A DNA stretch of 64,000 nucleotides from a plasmid: the sequence record NZ_CP118102.1. One strand, written 5' to 3'. Made by a program: the position numbers and the translations under genes. This document shows positions 35,037-44,589 of this stretch, piece by piece. Under the pieces are notes generated by a model, which saw only the letters and a list, made by a program, of their open reading frames with translations, ran no database searches and was not told the DNA's origin. How positions within the stretch are numbered: the stretch's first letter is position 1; every line of letters starts with the position of its first letter.

Positions 35037-36827
35037 GTGGCTAAGCTATCAAATCAGAAAAAGGAACGTCAGACGGTAAATGCAATTGAATATCTGGCAA
35101 ATTTACCAGACTCCTATTTGATACCTGATATACCAGTGGGAGATAAGGGGATTTCGTTTGATGGGCATATCTCGGTAATGGAAGATGATTCAGAGACTAA
35201 AGAATCCCTAATTGGAAGAGTACCGGTACAAGTAAAGGGGACTGAAGTAGAGCATTTTACTGAAGGAGTTAGGAGTTTCAGCTTCGAGTTAGCTGATTAT
35301 CGAAATTTTTTTAATTCCGATGGTGTTTTATTACTTGTTGGTGAGGTCAAACCTAACGGAGAAACTAAGCTTTTTTACAAAGCTTTGCTTGCTCTCGAGA
35401 TAAATGAATTACTACAACGTTTTAACAAACAGAAACAGAGGGTTATAGAATTACGACCACTGGATGAAACAAGATTGTATGATGTTTGTTATAAATTTTT
35501 GGCAGAACAAACACTGCAGTCAAGAGAACTAGTGACGCATAAGCCATTTCAAATTGATGACTTTAGAGAGTTAAGGTTGACCAGTATGACATACTCTCCT
35601 TCACTTGATGAATCACTGGAGAAAATTTTTGACCATGACTTTACGATGTATGGTGTTAAAAATCAAGCTCATTTTCCCTTAAAGAGAATAAGAATTGGGT
35701 CAATCAATGTTCGAAAAGATAACGTCATTTTTAGTGATATGAAGAATGAATATAGAATTCTTACTGACATAGAAGTAAAACAGAATGTTACAGCCTACAC
35801 CTTGGAAAAATCATTTATCTTAGAGATAAGCAATAATGATGGTGTATTCAAACTTAATTATGAAATTTTGGACTTTAATACACTTGCTGCTCAACTAAAA
35901 GTTGTTCCTATGTTAATAAGTTTATTTTCAGGTAATAAAATAAGTTTCCGAGGTAATTATATTCAGCTCGATTCTCAAAAAGAAACTTTAGAAGGGTTTC
36001 GAGAGCGATATGAATGTTTGCTCGAGTTGGAGAGAACTTTTGAGCTTCTTGGCATCGACAAAACAACACTTATTGAACAAGAATGTGATGATCAACTAGG
36101 TGAAGAATTAGAGTGGTTAATTCTTAGAGTACTAAAGAATGATGTTAGAGGATTTTCGTTTGGTGAAACAAAGAGAGGAATATTCAACTTTAAAGTCGGA
36201 AAGCACTTAGTATTGTTGTTCTATAATTCCACCGCAAAGCAAAGAATAGTAAGTGTTTTTTCTGATGAGGTTGCTGCTTCTGAATTATACATGGTTGACG
36301 AGGGTGATGGCGAGGAATATCGTCACAGTATTTATATTTCTCTTTCTGAAGAGTCTTTAGCTAAGGGAATCAACATAAATAGTCAAGCAATCTGTAATTC
36401 TTTTGATCAAATTGATCCATTTTCGAGTAATACAGTTTCTGATTTTACTAACAACTTCTGTTTAAAATGTATTAACGCATTTATTAAGTCTGGTAAGAGA
36501 GAACTCTTAGATATAGCTGAGAATATCTATGCAAAATCTAATGGACAGGCAAATGTAAATAATGAATATATTTTGATAAATAAACTACAGATTAAATTAT
36601 GGAGAGATGGGAGTCTAACTGATGAAGAGAATCAGTTACTATATCAAAAAAAAATGCAGGCTATAAAAGAAGAAAACGCAGAGCTATCATTTTGTGTCAG
36701 CGTACTGCTCAAAAATTTAGACGAGAGTCGATTTTTCTTTAACTTGATGGACAAAGAACTACAAGACTTCTATATGATGCTACCAATCTATAAATTGTAT
36801 GAGTCTGTGAATCCTGTAACTGAATGA
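35037..36827 (+). CDS. Large hypothetical protein with a possible N-terminal PD-(D/E)xK-like (DUF4365-like) nuclease fold
   Basis: 'FDGHISV...RVPVQVKG' resembles a D...(E/Q)xK motif. Roughly 430 aa of uncharacterised C-terminal region. GTG start with SD GAGGGGGA. Confidence 0.35.
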   Translation: MAKLSNQKKERQTVNAIEYLANLPDSYLIPDIPVGDKGISFDGHISVMEDDSETKESLIGRVPVQVKGTEVEHFTEGVRSFSFELADYRNFFNSDGVLLLVGEVKPNGETKLFYKALLALEINELLQRFNKQKQRVIELRPLDETRLYDVCYKFLAEQTLQSRELVTHKPFQIDDFRELRLTSMTYSPSLDESLEKIFDHDFTMYGVKNQAHFPLKRIRIGSINVRKDNVIFSDMKNEYRILTDIEVKQNVTAYTLEKSFILEISNNDGVFKLNYEILDFNTLAAQLKVVPMLISLFSGNKISFRGNYIQLDSQKETLEGFRERYECLLELERTFELLGIDKTTLIEQECDDQLGEELEWLILRVLKNDVRGFSFGETKRGIFNFKVGKHLVLLFYNSTAKQRIVSVFSDEVAASELYMVDEGDGEEYRHSIYISLSEESLAKGININSQAICNSFDQIDPFSSNTVSDFTNNFCLKCINAFIKSGKRELLDIAENIYAKSNGQANVNNEYILINKLQIKLWRDGSLTDEENQLLYQKKMQAIKEENAELSFCVSVLLKNLDESRFFFNLMDKELQDFYMMLPIYKLYESVNPVTE

Positions 36828-37517
36828 TTAGTCCTTCGGTAAAAAAGCACAAGCCCGCTTTTTGTATGGTAAAGAAAGGTGGGTTTGATTGCATACCCGT
36901 GTTTACACTAAGCGTGTTTACACGAATAAACTCGACTCATACAGCTTCACCGTCGTTCTTCCTGCCACCGACCACCGTATCCATCCATTGTGTGTCCGGC
37001 TGGCTGCTCCCCAGATAATTCTCTCACTAGATATACAGCTTCGTTACCTTACTTACATCCGCGATTATGTACCTTGAACACAACCCCTTTTTCCTTCTTC
37101 TTTTTTCATTTCTTCTACAATTCTTTGGATTCTTTTGATACCTTTTTAACCAGGTTTTCGCGCAGCGCGCGGCCCCCCCGACGGTCGTAATCTGTTACTG
37201 GATTCGGATTAAGTTACAGTGTTATTATTTGCAGCTAGATACGTACTTAGCAAAAGAATAGATCCGGATTGAGTTGTAGATATAGAGTTCTGCAGCTAGG
37301 TTCGAATCTAGATACAGAAGAAGTAGAAATTGGTATAAAGGGGATAAACAAAAGAGATTGCTCGTATGATGGAGAGTGGGAAGGAAAAGGCGTGTAAACA
37401 CGGATAGTAATACCACGCTTTGGTTGAGAAATATGTTATAATTAGTACATTATATTGGGGGCCCTGCCCTATTCAATTTAACGGTTAACCCTGATACTTT
37501 GCAAGAGGAGGCTGGTT

Positions 37518-37904
37518 ATGCCTAGAAATGATAATCCCGTCGAAAAAGAGGGGACCTTGGGTTATGTTGTTAAAGTGCAGCAAGTAATCGATTTTGTTGT
37601 TTTATCCGAGTTGCAGGGTGGCAAGCAACTCTATGTAAGTGAGCTGGATAAGAAGATTGCGTCCGTTTTAGGCGGAATTGGCGTGAACGATTCATATCTT
37701 AGTGCTAGGCTCAGAAAGTTGGCCGAGAATGGGCACGTCATTCGTGAGTGGAAAGGTGATGATCGATACAACCGGTATTATAGCATCACTGATTCTGGCC
37801 ACGAATACTTCATTCAAATGTTACGTGATCTACCTGAACGAGTCACAATGGCAAAGAAGGTCTATTCTAACTTTGAAAAATACATGAAGAAGTTTGATGT
37901 ATAA
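37518..37904 (+). CDS. PadR-family transcriptional regulator
   Basis: Winged-helix pattern (YVSELDKKIASVLGG...SYLSARLRKLAENGHVIREWKGDDRYNRYYSITDSGHEYF). RBS GAGGAGG. Confidence 0.6.
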   Translation: MPRNDNPVEKEGTLGYVVKVQQVIDFVVLSELQGGKQLYVSELDKKIASVLGGIGVNDSYLSARLRKLAENGHVIREWKGDDRYNRYYSITDSGHEYFIQMLRDLPERVTMAKKVYSNFEKYMKKFDV

Positions 37905-37980
37905 GAGGTGTACTAAAAACTGAAATCAGTTTCCCTCCAGATCGGATGTGACTGATGTATTAATGTCGGGAGTGAAAAAT

Positions 37981-38643
37981 ATGGACGAGCTGAATTACCC
38001 AGATGTTGTTCGGAGGCTAAAGGAGTCATTTCCAGAAGGAACAGTCAAGCTGCGATCCGACACACAAAAAGCGTATATTCCGAATCAGATATATACTGAC
38101 AGGCTGGAAGCTGCAACGGAGGGGCAGTGGAGCAAAACCATTAAAGATATCGAAATCAATTTAGAGCAGCAGTACGTCAAGGTTATAGTTTCGATTTCTA
38201 TAAGTGATTACACCAGAGATGGATTCGGATTTGCTTATATTGATAAGGATGGCCAGGGACGTCCGAGAGTCTCCAACGCACTTGATCAGGCTGCCGCCAG
38301 CGCTTTTGTTGAAGCGGTAGATAGTTGGCAAATGGGATGGAAGGATCTTGCTCCATATAAGGATTGGGGAGATAATCCAGCTTTGCGTCATCTTATAGGC
38401 AGTGATCCTGCTCCAGAAGGACAGAAACGAGTTGTCCAATCCAAATCAAGGGTTGAACGAAATTGTATAATGACAGGCTGCGGAAAATCATTATCAGCTG
38501 ATGAATGGGAGCTGCTCAAACAAGTTCCGAATCTCAACCGCGATAAAATGGTTTATTGCTTTGATCATCTCCCAGATCATTTAAAGCGGAAAATCCCTGA
38601 TAAAAAACTAGAAGCATTCTTACAACATCGAGAATCAGAATAA
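37981..38643 (+). CDS. Possible Rad52/Sak-like single-strand annealing protein with a C-terminal zinc finger
   Basis: 'RDGFGFAYID...ALDQAAASAFVEAVDSW' loosely matches the Rad52-family core. 'CIMTGCG...CFDHL' motif. Low certainty. Confidence 0.3.
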   Translation: MDELNYPDVVRRLKESFPEGTVKLRSDTQKAYIPNQIYTDRLEAATEGQWSKTIKDIEINLEQQYVKVIVSISISDYTRDGFGFAYIDKDGQGRPRVSNALDQAAASAFVEAVDSWQMGWKDLAPYKDWGDNPALRHLIGSDPAPEGQKRVVQSKSRVERNCIMTGCGKSLSADEWELLKQVPNLNRDKMVYCFDHLPDHLKRKIPDKKLEAFLQHRESE

Positions 38644-38867
38644 GAAGCAATATAAATACTGTCAACGGATAATTGAGTAATATTTCATGGTTTTATCTAG
38701 CACCAAGAGATCCTATGTTATGTCACATTAGCTACAATTCATTTTATAAAGAAATGGATCAATTAATTAAAATTAAAAGAGCAGATCTTTATCGATTATA
38801 GCCAACTTATTTTACCCGACGGCAACGAGGTACTTACAGCGATTGGTAGGATCATGGAGGAATTCGT

Positions 38868-39560
38868 TTGAAGAATTTAAATGTTATACTGCTGCGTACT
38901 TTTCTTGGACGTTTACTAGCCTTGCTAGTATGCGTTATCTTGTTAATATCATTGTTTTATTATCCGCTTGCTTCCATTAAAGGTTTATTTTTGTTTTTCT
39001 TTTTGTTTTTTTTATACTTGATCTTCTTCTCTGCAGCTATTCGTGAATGTGATGAAGAAGATGAAAAAAAGTTTGAAAACAGATATGCCATTCACTTTGT
39101 GAGCAAAGTACATAATGCTGATCAACAAGGAAGGATTCCTCTTTACCCCAGTGCGGGAGATAGCAAGGGCAAACCTAGGGTTTGGTTCCATCTGTCAACT
39201 TCGGTCGATTCAACTGATCCTTCTGAAAAATCTTTTTTTAGAAATCATGTACAGTGGAAGGAATTGCGTAGCTATAAAGTAATTATCCCTTGGAAAGAAC
39301 TTAGGCAATCAGTAAAGGAACAATCAAGAAATATTAAGGTGAGACCTAGTGATGGCTCTATTGCTATAGAAGGTACAGATCCTATTTGGGTAAAGAATGC
39401 TAAGATTGAAACTGAGTTCTACTGGTATCAAGATCGCATTGGATTTAAATATATCCTGCAGTATTTAGTCGGTATTAACATATTAAGTTATATTTTTTAC
39501 ATCATCTATTTCTCAGATCAATATTTTTATAAACTAAGAAAGATATTAGCAAAGAGATGA
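38868..39560 (+). CDS. Hypothetical membrane protein (two N-terminal TM segments, one C-terminal)
   Basis: Hydrophobic segments. TTG start with SD ATGGAGGA. Confidence 0.35.
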   Translation: MKNLNVILLRTFLGRLLALLVCVILLISLFYYPLASIKGLFLFFFLFFLYLIFFSAAIRECDEEDEKKFENRYAIHFVSKVHNADQQGRIPLYPSAGDSKGKPRVWFHLSTSVDSTDPSEKSFFRNHVQWKELRSYKVIIPWKELRQSVKEQSRNIKVRPSDGSIAIEGTDPIWVKNAKIETEFYWYQDRIGFKYILQYLVGINILSYIFYIIYFSDQYFYKLRKILAKR

Positions 39561-39766
39561 AGTACGATATCTTGAACAAGAACATTCAACAGTCGCATTA
39601 ATATGCGGCTTTTTCTCGTGGTTCAATCAATATATTATCTTGTAAGTAAGTAGGTAGGTACTTAATTTTCATTTAACAAAAAGTTTTGCAATTAGATAGT
39701 CTTATTGTACTATATATGTATATTAGTATATTAACTAACATACAATAATTGTTGAGGGGCGGTTCT

Positions 39767-41686
39767 GTGGAAGAGTTTATTCAAAGAGCACTCGGGGCTG
39801 GGGGACATCTGTCGAAGCTAGTAAAAGGTTATTCTCCACGTTCACCGCAGATGCTCATATCAAACAAAGTGGGGGCAGCGTTAGAGGGAGAAAAGCATCT
39901 ATTGGCTGAAGCAGGTACAGGTACAGGGAAGTCGCTTGGCTATTTGATACCTGCAGCCAAGTGGGCTGTTGAAAACAACAAGACTGTTATTGTTTGTACC
40001 CACACGATCCCGCTAATGACTCAGATAGTAAATGTAGAACTGCCTCGTGTACAACAGATTTTAAAAATGGAGCATCAAAATCTTAAGTATCAACTTGTTA
40101 AGGGAAAGTCACATTACGTTTGCTACTCGAAGCTTGAGAATTTGTGGCAAGAAACGCTACGGAGCATAAATGAAGAAGCTAAAACAGTGCAGAAGATCTT
40201 CAAAAAAGTGACCCGAGAGTATGTAAATGATCGTACAGGGCTTGGATTCGATGTAGAAGATAGCTTATGGAAGAAAATATCTGCGAGCAATTGTCCAGCG
40301 ATTAATAAGCCTGAGTCATGCGTAATTGAAGAGCTGAAAGAAAAAATGATTCAATCCCATATCATTGTTACAAATCATGCATATTTCTTCTCAGATCTTG
40401 CCATTCGGCGGAAGACAGGAAATGGTTCTCTTCCAAATTACGATGCCGTCATTTTCGATGAGGCTCATGAAATGGAAGATGTCTGCTGCCAAATCTTTGA
40501 GAAGTCTGCTGACATAAACCAGTTTGAGTCTTTATTCGATCAATTGTTCCAACGTGACATCTTTAAAGAATTAGATCATGGTGCGCAGCTTAAGCTATCT
40601 CAACTTCGCCAGGACATCCACCGTAACCTTGACCAAGTATTTGCTGAGATTGGAAATGAAATGGGGAACAAAGCATATCAGCTCTTAGACAAACAGATTG
40701 ATGTATCAGAGGCTTGCTCTTTAATCAAGGATTTCTTGGAGACATTAAAAAGTATGAATGTCCGTGGTGCTTCCGATATTCTTGATCAGCTCTTTGAGTA
40801 TAATGATGACCTTGATTTCATTAGTAACAATGCTAAACGATCCTGGGCATACTGGGCTACTGTTCGTGGCCGTGATCAGATCACCCTGCATGCTGCTCCA
40901 CTGTTTCCAAAAGTTGTACTGGCTTCTAGCTTATTCGATAAAGTGCCTGTTATTCTAACAAGCGCTACGATGTCCAACAGCGGGAACTTTTCTTTCTTTG
41001 CTGGACGGGTTGGAGTCAAAGAGTATGATTCAGTCGTTGTCGGTAGTCCGTTTGATTACATAAACAAGACGATGATTATCGTACCGGATGATGCACCTGA
41101 ACCAAACAGTCCTGGTTTCAACGGATATACTGCAGAAAAGCTAGAGGAGATAACGATGTATACTGGCGGTCGTATGCTTGTCCTTTTTACAAGTTTTGAT
41201 GCGATGAACCAGGTCGCTCGTTCTTTCCAAAAGTATTGTAGTGAAGTGGGTTATCATCTATTGGTTCAATATCCTGGATGTAATCGTGAAGAACTCATCC
41301 AACAACTAAAAAATGAGCCAAGAACAATCGTATTTGGGTCATCTAGTTTCTGGACCGGTGTTGATGTCGCAGGAGAAGCTCTTACTACAGTAGTGATCCC
41401 TAGATTACCTTTTCCACATCCCGACGATCCTTTAATAAAAGCACAAATTGAGCTTCTTGAGAAAGCCAATCGAAGCAGCTTTTTCGACTATATGTTTCCC
41501 AAGATGATATTTAAACTTAAACAGGGTTTTGGCCGTTTAAATCGCTCAGTTCATTGCCAAGGAGCTGTTATCATCTTGGATAACCGAATGAGAACGAAGC
41601 GATATAAAGGACTTATTATTAAATCACTACCGAAGTGTCAATATTCATCTACAGTATCGGATTTAGTACATATCCTGCCGGTATAG
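39767..41686 (+). CDS. DinG/Rad3-like ATP-dependent DNA helicase
   Basis: 'AEAGTGTGKSLGYLIPA' Walker A. 'VIFDEAHEMED' DEAH box. C-terminal 'SFWTGVDVAGE...VVIPRLPFPHPDDP'. GTG start with SD GAGGGG. Confidence 0.75.
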   Translation: MEEFIQRALGAGGHLSKLVKGYSPRSPQMLISNKVGAALEGEKHLLAEAGTGTGKSLGYLIPAAKWAVENNKTVIVCTHTIPLMTQIVNVELPRVQQILKMEHQNLKYQLVKGKSHYVCYSKLENLWQETLRSINEEAKTVQKIFKKVTREYVNDRTGLGFDVEDSLWKKISASNCPAINKPESCVIEELKEKMIQSHIIVTNHAYFFSDLAIRRKTGNGSLPNYDAVIFDEAHEMEDVCCQIFEKSADINQFESLFDQLFQRDIFKELDHGAQLKLSQLRQDIHRNLDQVFAEIGNEMGNKAYQLLDKQIDVSEACSLIKDFLETLKSMNVRGASDILDQLFEYNDDLDFISNNAKRSWAYWATVRGRDQITLHAAPLFPKVVLASSLFDKVPVILTSATMSNSGNFSFFAGRVGVKEYDSVVVGSPFDYINKTMIIVPDDAPEPNSPGFNGYTAEKLEEITMYTGGRMLVLFTSFDAMNQVARSFQKYCSEVGYHLLVQYPGCNREELIQQLKNEPRTIVFGSSSFWTGVDVAGEALTTVVIPRLPFPHPDDPLIKAQIELLEKANRSSFFDYMFPKMIFKLKQGFGRLNRSVHCQGAVIILDNRMRTKRYKGLIIKSLPKCQYSSTVSDLVHILPV

Positions 41687-41705
41687 TGGAAAGGAGCTGG
41701 CGTCT

Positions 41706-42425
41706 ATGATGGGAAGAGCACATTTAGTTATCAGTACGGGGCTATCCTTATCTGCACTCCAACTAGCTGATCAAGAAATTACAATACCCGTAATAGTAGT
41801 TGCTGTTTTAAGTTCACTACTTCCTGATATCGATGAACCAAATTCTCTTTTAGTTTCAAGAGCAATTCCAAAAACAGTAATTCGCACATTCCAGCTGCTT
41901 CTCTTATTGGCTGCAGCTGCTGTCATCTTTCTTGGAGAAGCGTATTCTCCGTGGAATTATATGTTGGCCATAGCTGCAGCAATCATTACCTTTCTCCCGA
42001 ATCGAACATTGAAGAATGTCATTATGATTTTAACGGGAATCATACTGATTGCTTTCGGCAGCCAAATCTCGCCTTGGAACTATATTGGAGGTTCCTTACT
42101 TATACTTGTGTCGTTCCTGCCGCACCGAGGATTAACTCATACAATCTATGGATTGGTTGGTTGGACCTTGATCTTATATTTGACTACAGGTGATATATCT
42201 ATCTGGCTAGCTGGAGGGTTATCCTACATGCTTCATCTACTTGCAGATGCATTAACGAACCGTGGTATACGAATTCTCCCACCATTTAAGTACGTACTGA
42301 GATTTCGGATTATGAGTACAGGAAGTTTCAGAGGTTCCCTAGTTGAATATCTTTGCATGGGAGTGACACTTGGTGTGGTCTGGCTCACATTTTTCTTAGA
42401 TAAAAATTTATTTACTGGAGGCTAA
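41706..42425 (+). CDS. Membrane-bound metal-dependent hydrolase family protein (DUF457/YdjM-like)
   Basis: Multi-TM protein. 'HRGLTHT' and 'HLLADALT' conserved-His motifs. Confidence 0.55.
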   Translation: MMGRAHLVISTGLSLSALQLADQEITIPVIVVAVLSSLLPDIDEPNSLLVSRAIPKTVIRTFQLLLLLAAAAVIFLGEAYSPWNYMLAIAAAIITFLPNRTLKNVIMILTGIILIAFGSQISPWNYIGGSLLILVSFLPHRGLTHTIYGLVGWTLILYLTTGDISIWLAGGLSYMLHLLADALTNRGIRILPPFKYVLRFRIMSTGSFRGSLVEYLCMGVTLGVVWLTFFLDKNLFTGG

Positions 42426-42428
42426 ATT

Positions 42429-42695
42429 ATGAGTCTTGATCTTCAAATTATTAGAATCAATTTATATCCCGTTTTTAAGGAATTAAAGGCTAAATACGGA
42501 CTAACAAAGAGAGAAACACAAGTGATTGAAGCTTTAACTATCTACGGTGAAAACAACCATAATCTAGGGAGCAGATTAAAAGTTAGTGAGAACACAATAA
42601 AAAATCATATGTCCCGAACATTGGTTAAGACCAAACTTAGCTCTGCCCGTGAACTTCAAGCTCTTATTCTAAGATCCTTAATGAGTTTTGAATAA
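42429..42695 (+). CDS. Small LuxR/GerE-type HTH regulator
   Basis: 'LTKRETQVIEAL...LGSRLKVSENTIKNHMSRTLVKTKLSSARELQ' matches the LuxR-type HTH. Confidence 0.5.
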   Translation: MSLDLQIIRINLYPVFKELKAKYGLTKRETQVIEALTIYGENNHNLGSRLKVSENTIKNHMSRTLVKTKLSSARELQALILRSLMSFE

Positions 42696-42785
42696 AGTAA
42701 CTGCTACAGTAATCACATCCTTAAACCAGCTAAATACATAATTAGTAGATGTTAAGAACACATTCAGGGAAGGAGACCTCTTAAA

Positions 42786-43253
42786 ATGTCATATATTCAT
42801 TTATCCGTACAAGAGCTACAGCGATTACTTTCTTTGTTTCCTGCTTCATTAAAAACAGAAGATACATCTCTTTATAACAAGTTGCATGATTGCCTCGAAA
42901 AAAATAAAGAAAGAAGTAAATATGATTTTCTCATTGAGCAATTTTCAGAGTTCCGATTATCTCAAATATTCGAAATTCCTGAACACTTGATGGATCTAGA
43001 AGTAGGGTACTATTTTGGTCAGTTTGAAGGGAAAACTTATCGCAGCGTGGCAAAGTATTTAAAGCGTAATGACTATACCATTATGCGAGACTTAATGGAG
43101 ATTACCGTATATAAGCTAGGTAATATTCGTTATATTGGACCCATCGGAAGATCTGCTATCTTTGATGCCTTAGATCCCTATTTAATACCTAAATATTTTC
43201 CAACAGATGTTACTACACGGTCTGAACACACCACACACAAGAGTGTTATCTGA
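42786..43253 (+). CDS. Hypothetical protein
   Basis: ORF with RBS AAGGAGA. No recognisable motif. Confidence 0.35.
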   Translation: MSYIHLSVQELQRLLSLFPASLKTEDTSLYNKLHDCLEKNKERSKYDFLIEQFSEFRLSQIFEIPEHLMDLEVGYYFGQFEGKTYRSVAKYLKRNDYTIMRDLMEITVYKLGNIRYIGPIGRSAIFDALDPYLIPKYFPTDVTTRSEHTTHKSVI

Positions 43254-43336
43254 TATATTTGTTTATGAGAGAAGGGTTCTCGAGTCTCATCGGTCTTAGT
43301 TATAAGTAACATACATACATTTAGGAGGAAATTCAA

Positions 43337-43507
43337 ATGAAACCTAATGAGATTACAGAAGAAAAGCCCAAAACAACTAAAAATCTTGATAAAAATGACT
43401 TCTTAAAGAGAATAAAGAGCATTAAATCTGAGGATTTGATAGGCATTATCGGTATGACCATCGCGTTAGCTACTGCTTTTATTCTGATTATCGGAGTTTT
43501 TATGTAG
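43337..43507 (+). CDS. Small (56 aa) hypothetical membrane protein, not in the supplied ORF track
   Basis: ATG preceded by AGGAGGA. C-terminal hydrophobic segment 'IGIIGMTIALATAFILIIGVF'. Confidence 0.3.
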   Translation: MKPNEITEEKPKTTKNLDKNDFLKRIKSIKSEDLIGIIGMTIALATAFILIIGVFM

Positions 43508-43846
43508 AGGCTTGGAAGAAATGTTTTTGAGCATTACGTTATATACAGTAGTAGCGAACATCAAATAAAGCAAAGTCGGTAAGTAGATAAAGAAGGGGGA
43601 ATTTTGGAAACAATCTCGAAGGATTACTTAAGGTCAGCATAAATAAGGTTCAGCCGTTTGGGGAAGGGTGAGACACACCTTTCTCCATCCTTAAAACTAA
43701 CTGCTCATTTATAAGGCGTATAGTTTACACCGTAGAGCTTCACTCAGGTTGAATCATATGCTATACTTACTTCATTATTAGTACTTAATGTTTTTCTTTG
43801 CCGCTATAGTTCGGTAAAGATAGGGGAAACGGTATTATACCGTCAA

Positions 43847-43930
43847 AATATGAGGCTACCTATTAGCCGTTGGAAACAGGAGACAACCTTTGGTGTGTCT
43901 TTTTTTGTTTTCAACGGCTATTTTTGTGCC
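43847..43930 (+). promoter_or_regulatory. Conserved structured leader element, copy B: outer stem AGCCGTTG/CAACGGCT enclosing a hairpin plus U7, then TTTTTGTGC
   Basis: Homologous to the element at 21459-21540 with compensatory outer-stem changes. Sits immediately upstream of the ORF at 43950. Confidence 0.5.
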
Positions 43931-43949
43931 TAATTGAGGAGGAATAAAA

Positions 43950-44291
43950 ATGCGTATTAACATGAACACTCTTAAGCAAATCCTGCCCTGTCTACCAGAT
44001 GGACAAACCACCTCAAAAACACTATCAGTTGGAATCTTCCGTGCTATTGAGGCTGCCCATGAATTGGTTGATAGCAGTGAAGTTGACTGGAATTCGTTTA
44101 CGCTTGCGGAAGCTGAAGAAGCTTTAGATCATGCTATGGCGTACGAGTGCGATGAACACATCGAGCATGGGGATTATGCCAACATCAACAGTGGTAATGC
44201 AATTCACGAATACCTGCATAGTCATAATCTCATATTTCAGTTGAAGCGGTCTGCTCCTGAAAAACAGACAGCCGCAATTCAATTCTTTTGA
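43950..44291 (+). CDS. Hypothetical protein
   Basis: ORF with RBS GAGGAGG, downstream of leader copy B. Confidence 0.4.
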   Translation: MRINMNTLKQILPCLPDGQTTSKTLSVGIFRAIEAAHELVDSSEVDWNSFTLAEAEEALDHAMAYECDEHIEHGDYANINSGNAIHEYLHSHNLIFQLKRSAPEKQTAAIQFF

Positions 44292-44307
44292 GAGGTGTGA
44301 GGAGAAT

Positions 44308-44589
44308 ATGGAGAAGTCCTACTACTGTTCAGAACAGGTTGGACAAATGCAGGCTACCTACGACTCTTTAGTCATGCTGAAGATGATCGAGGTTGCTGGA
44401 TGTGATATCGTGAACAACCCAGTCAATTACTACTGTTATGATTGGGGGGATCAATATCCCGTATTTGTTACATGCATTAAAAGAGTATTTGGAGGTTGGT
44501 GGCGCAGCTGGTGGAGTTTAACGTGCTGTTGGCGGTGCTTGCGTTGTCGTTCGTTGAAGAGTTGTCAGCATTGGAGGTATTGGTGGTAG
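44308..44589 (+). CDS. Hypothetical small protein; 3' end overlaps the convergent repeat-protein gene
   Basis: RBS GAGGAG. The C-terminal 35 aa read antisense to the neighbouring gene, so the true stop is uncertain. Confidence 0.3.
   Translation: MEKSYYCSEQVGQMQATYDSLVMLKMIEVAGCDIVNNPVNYYCYDWGDQYPVFVTCIKRVFGGWWRSWWSLTCCWRCLRCRSLKSCQHWRYWW

Noticed and set aside
36830-37517. Retron or group II intron in the non-coding region
   Set aside because: No reverse transcriptase or maturase ORF lies within several kb. No domain V-like hairpin was recognised.
39561-39766. LexA box upstream of the DinG-like/DUF457 genes
   Set aside because: Only half-sites (GAAC without a matching GTTC at N4 spacing) are present. 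SOS regulation of this operon is not supported by the sequence.
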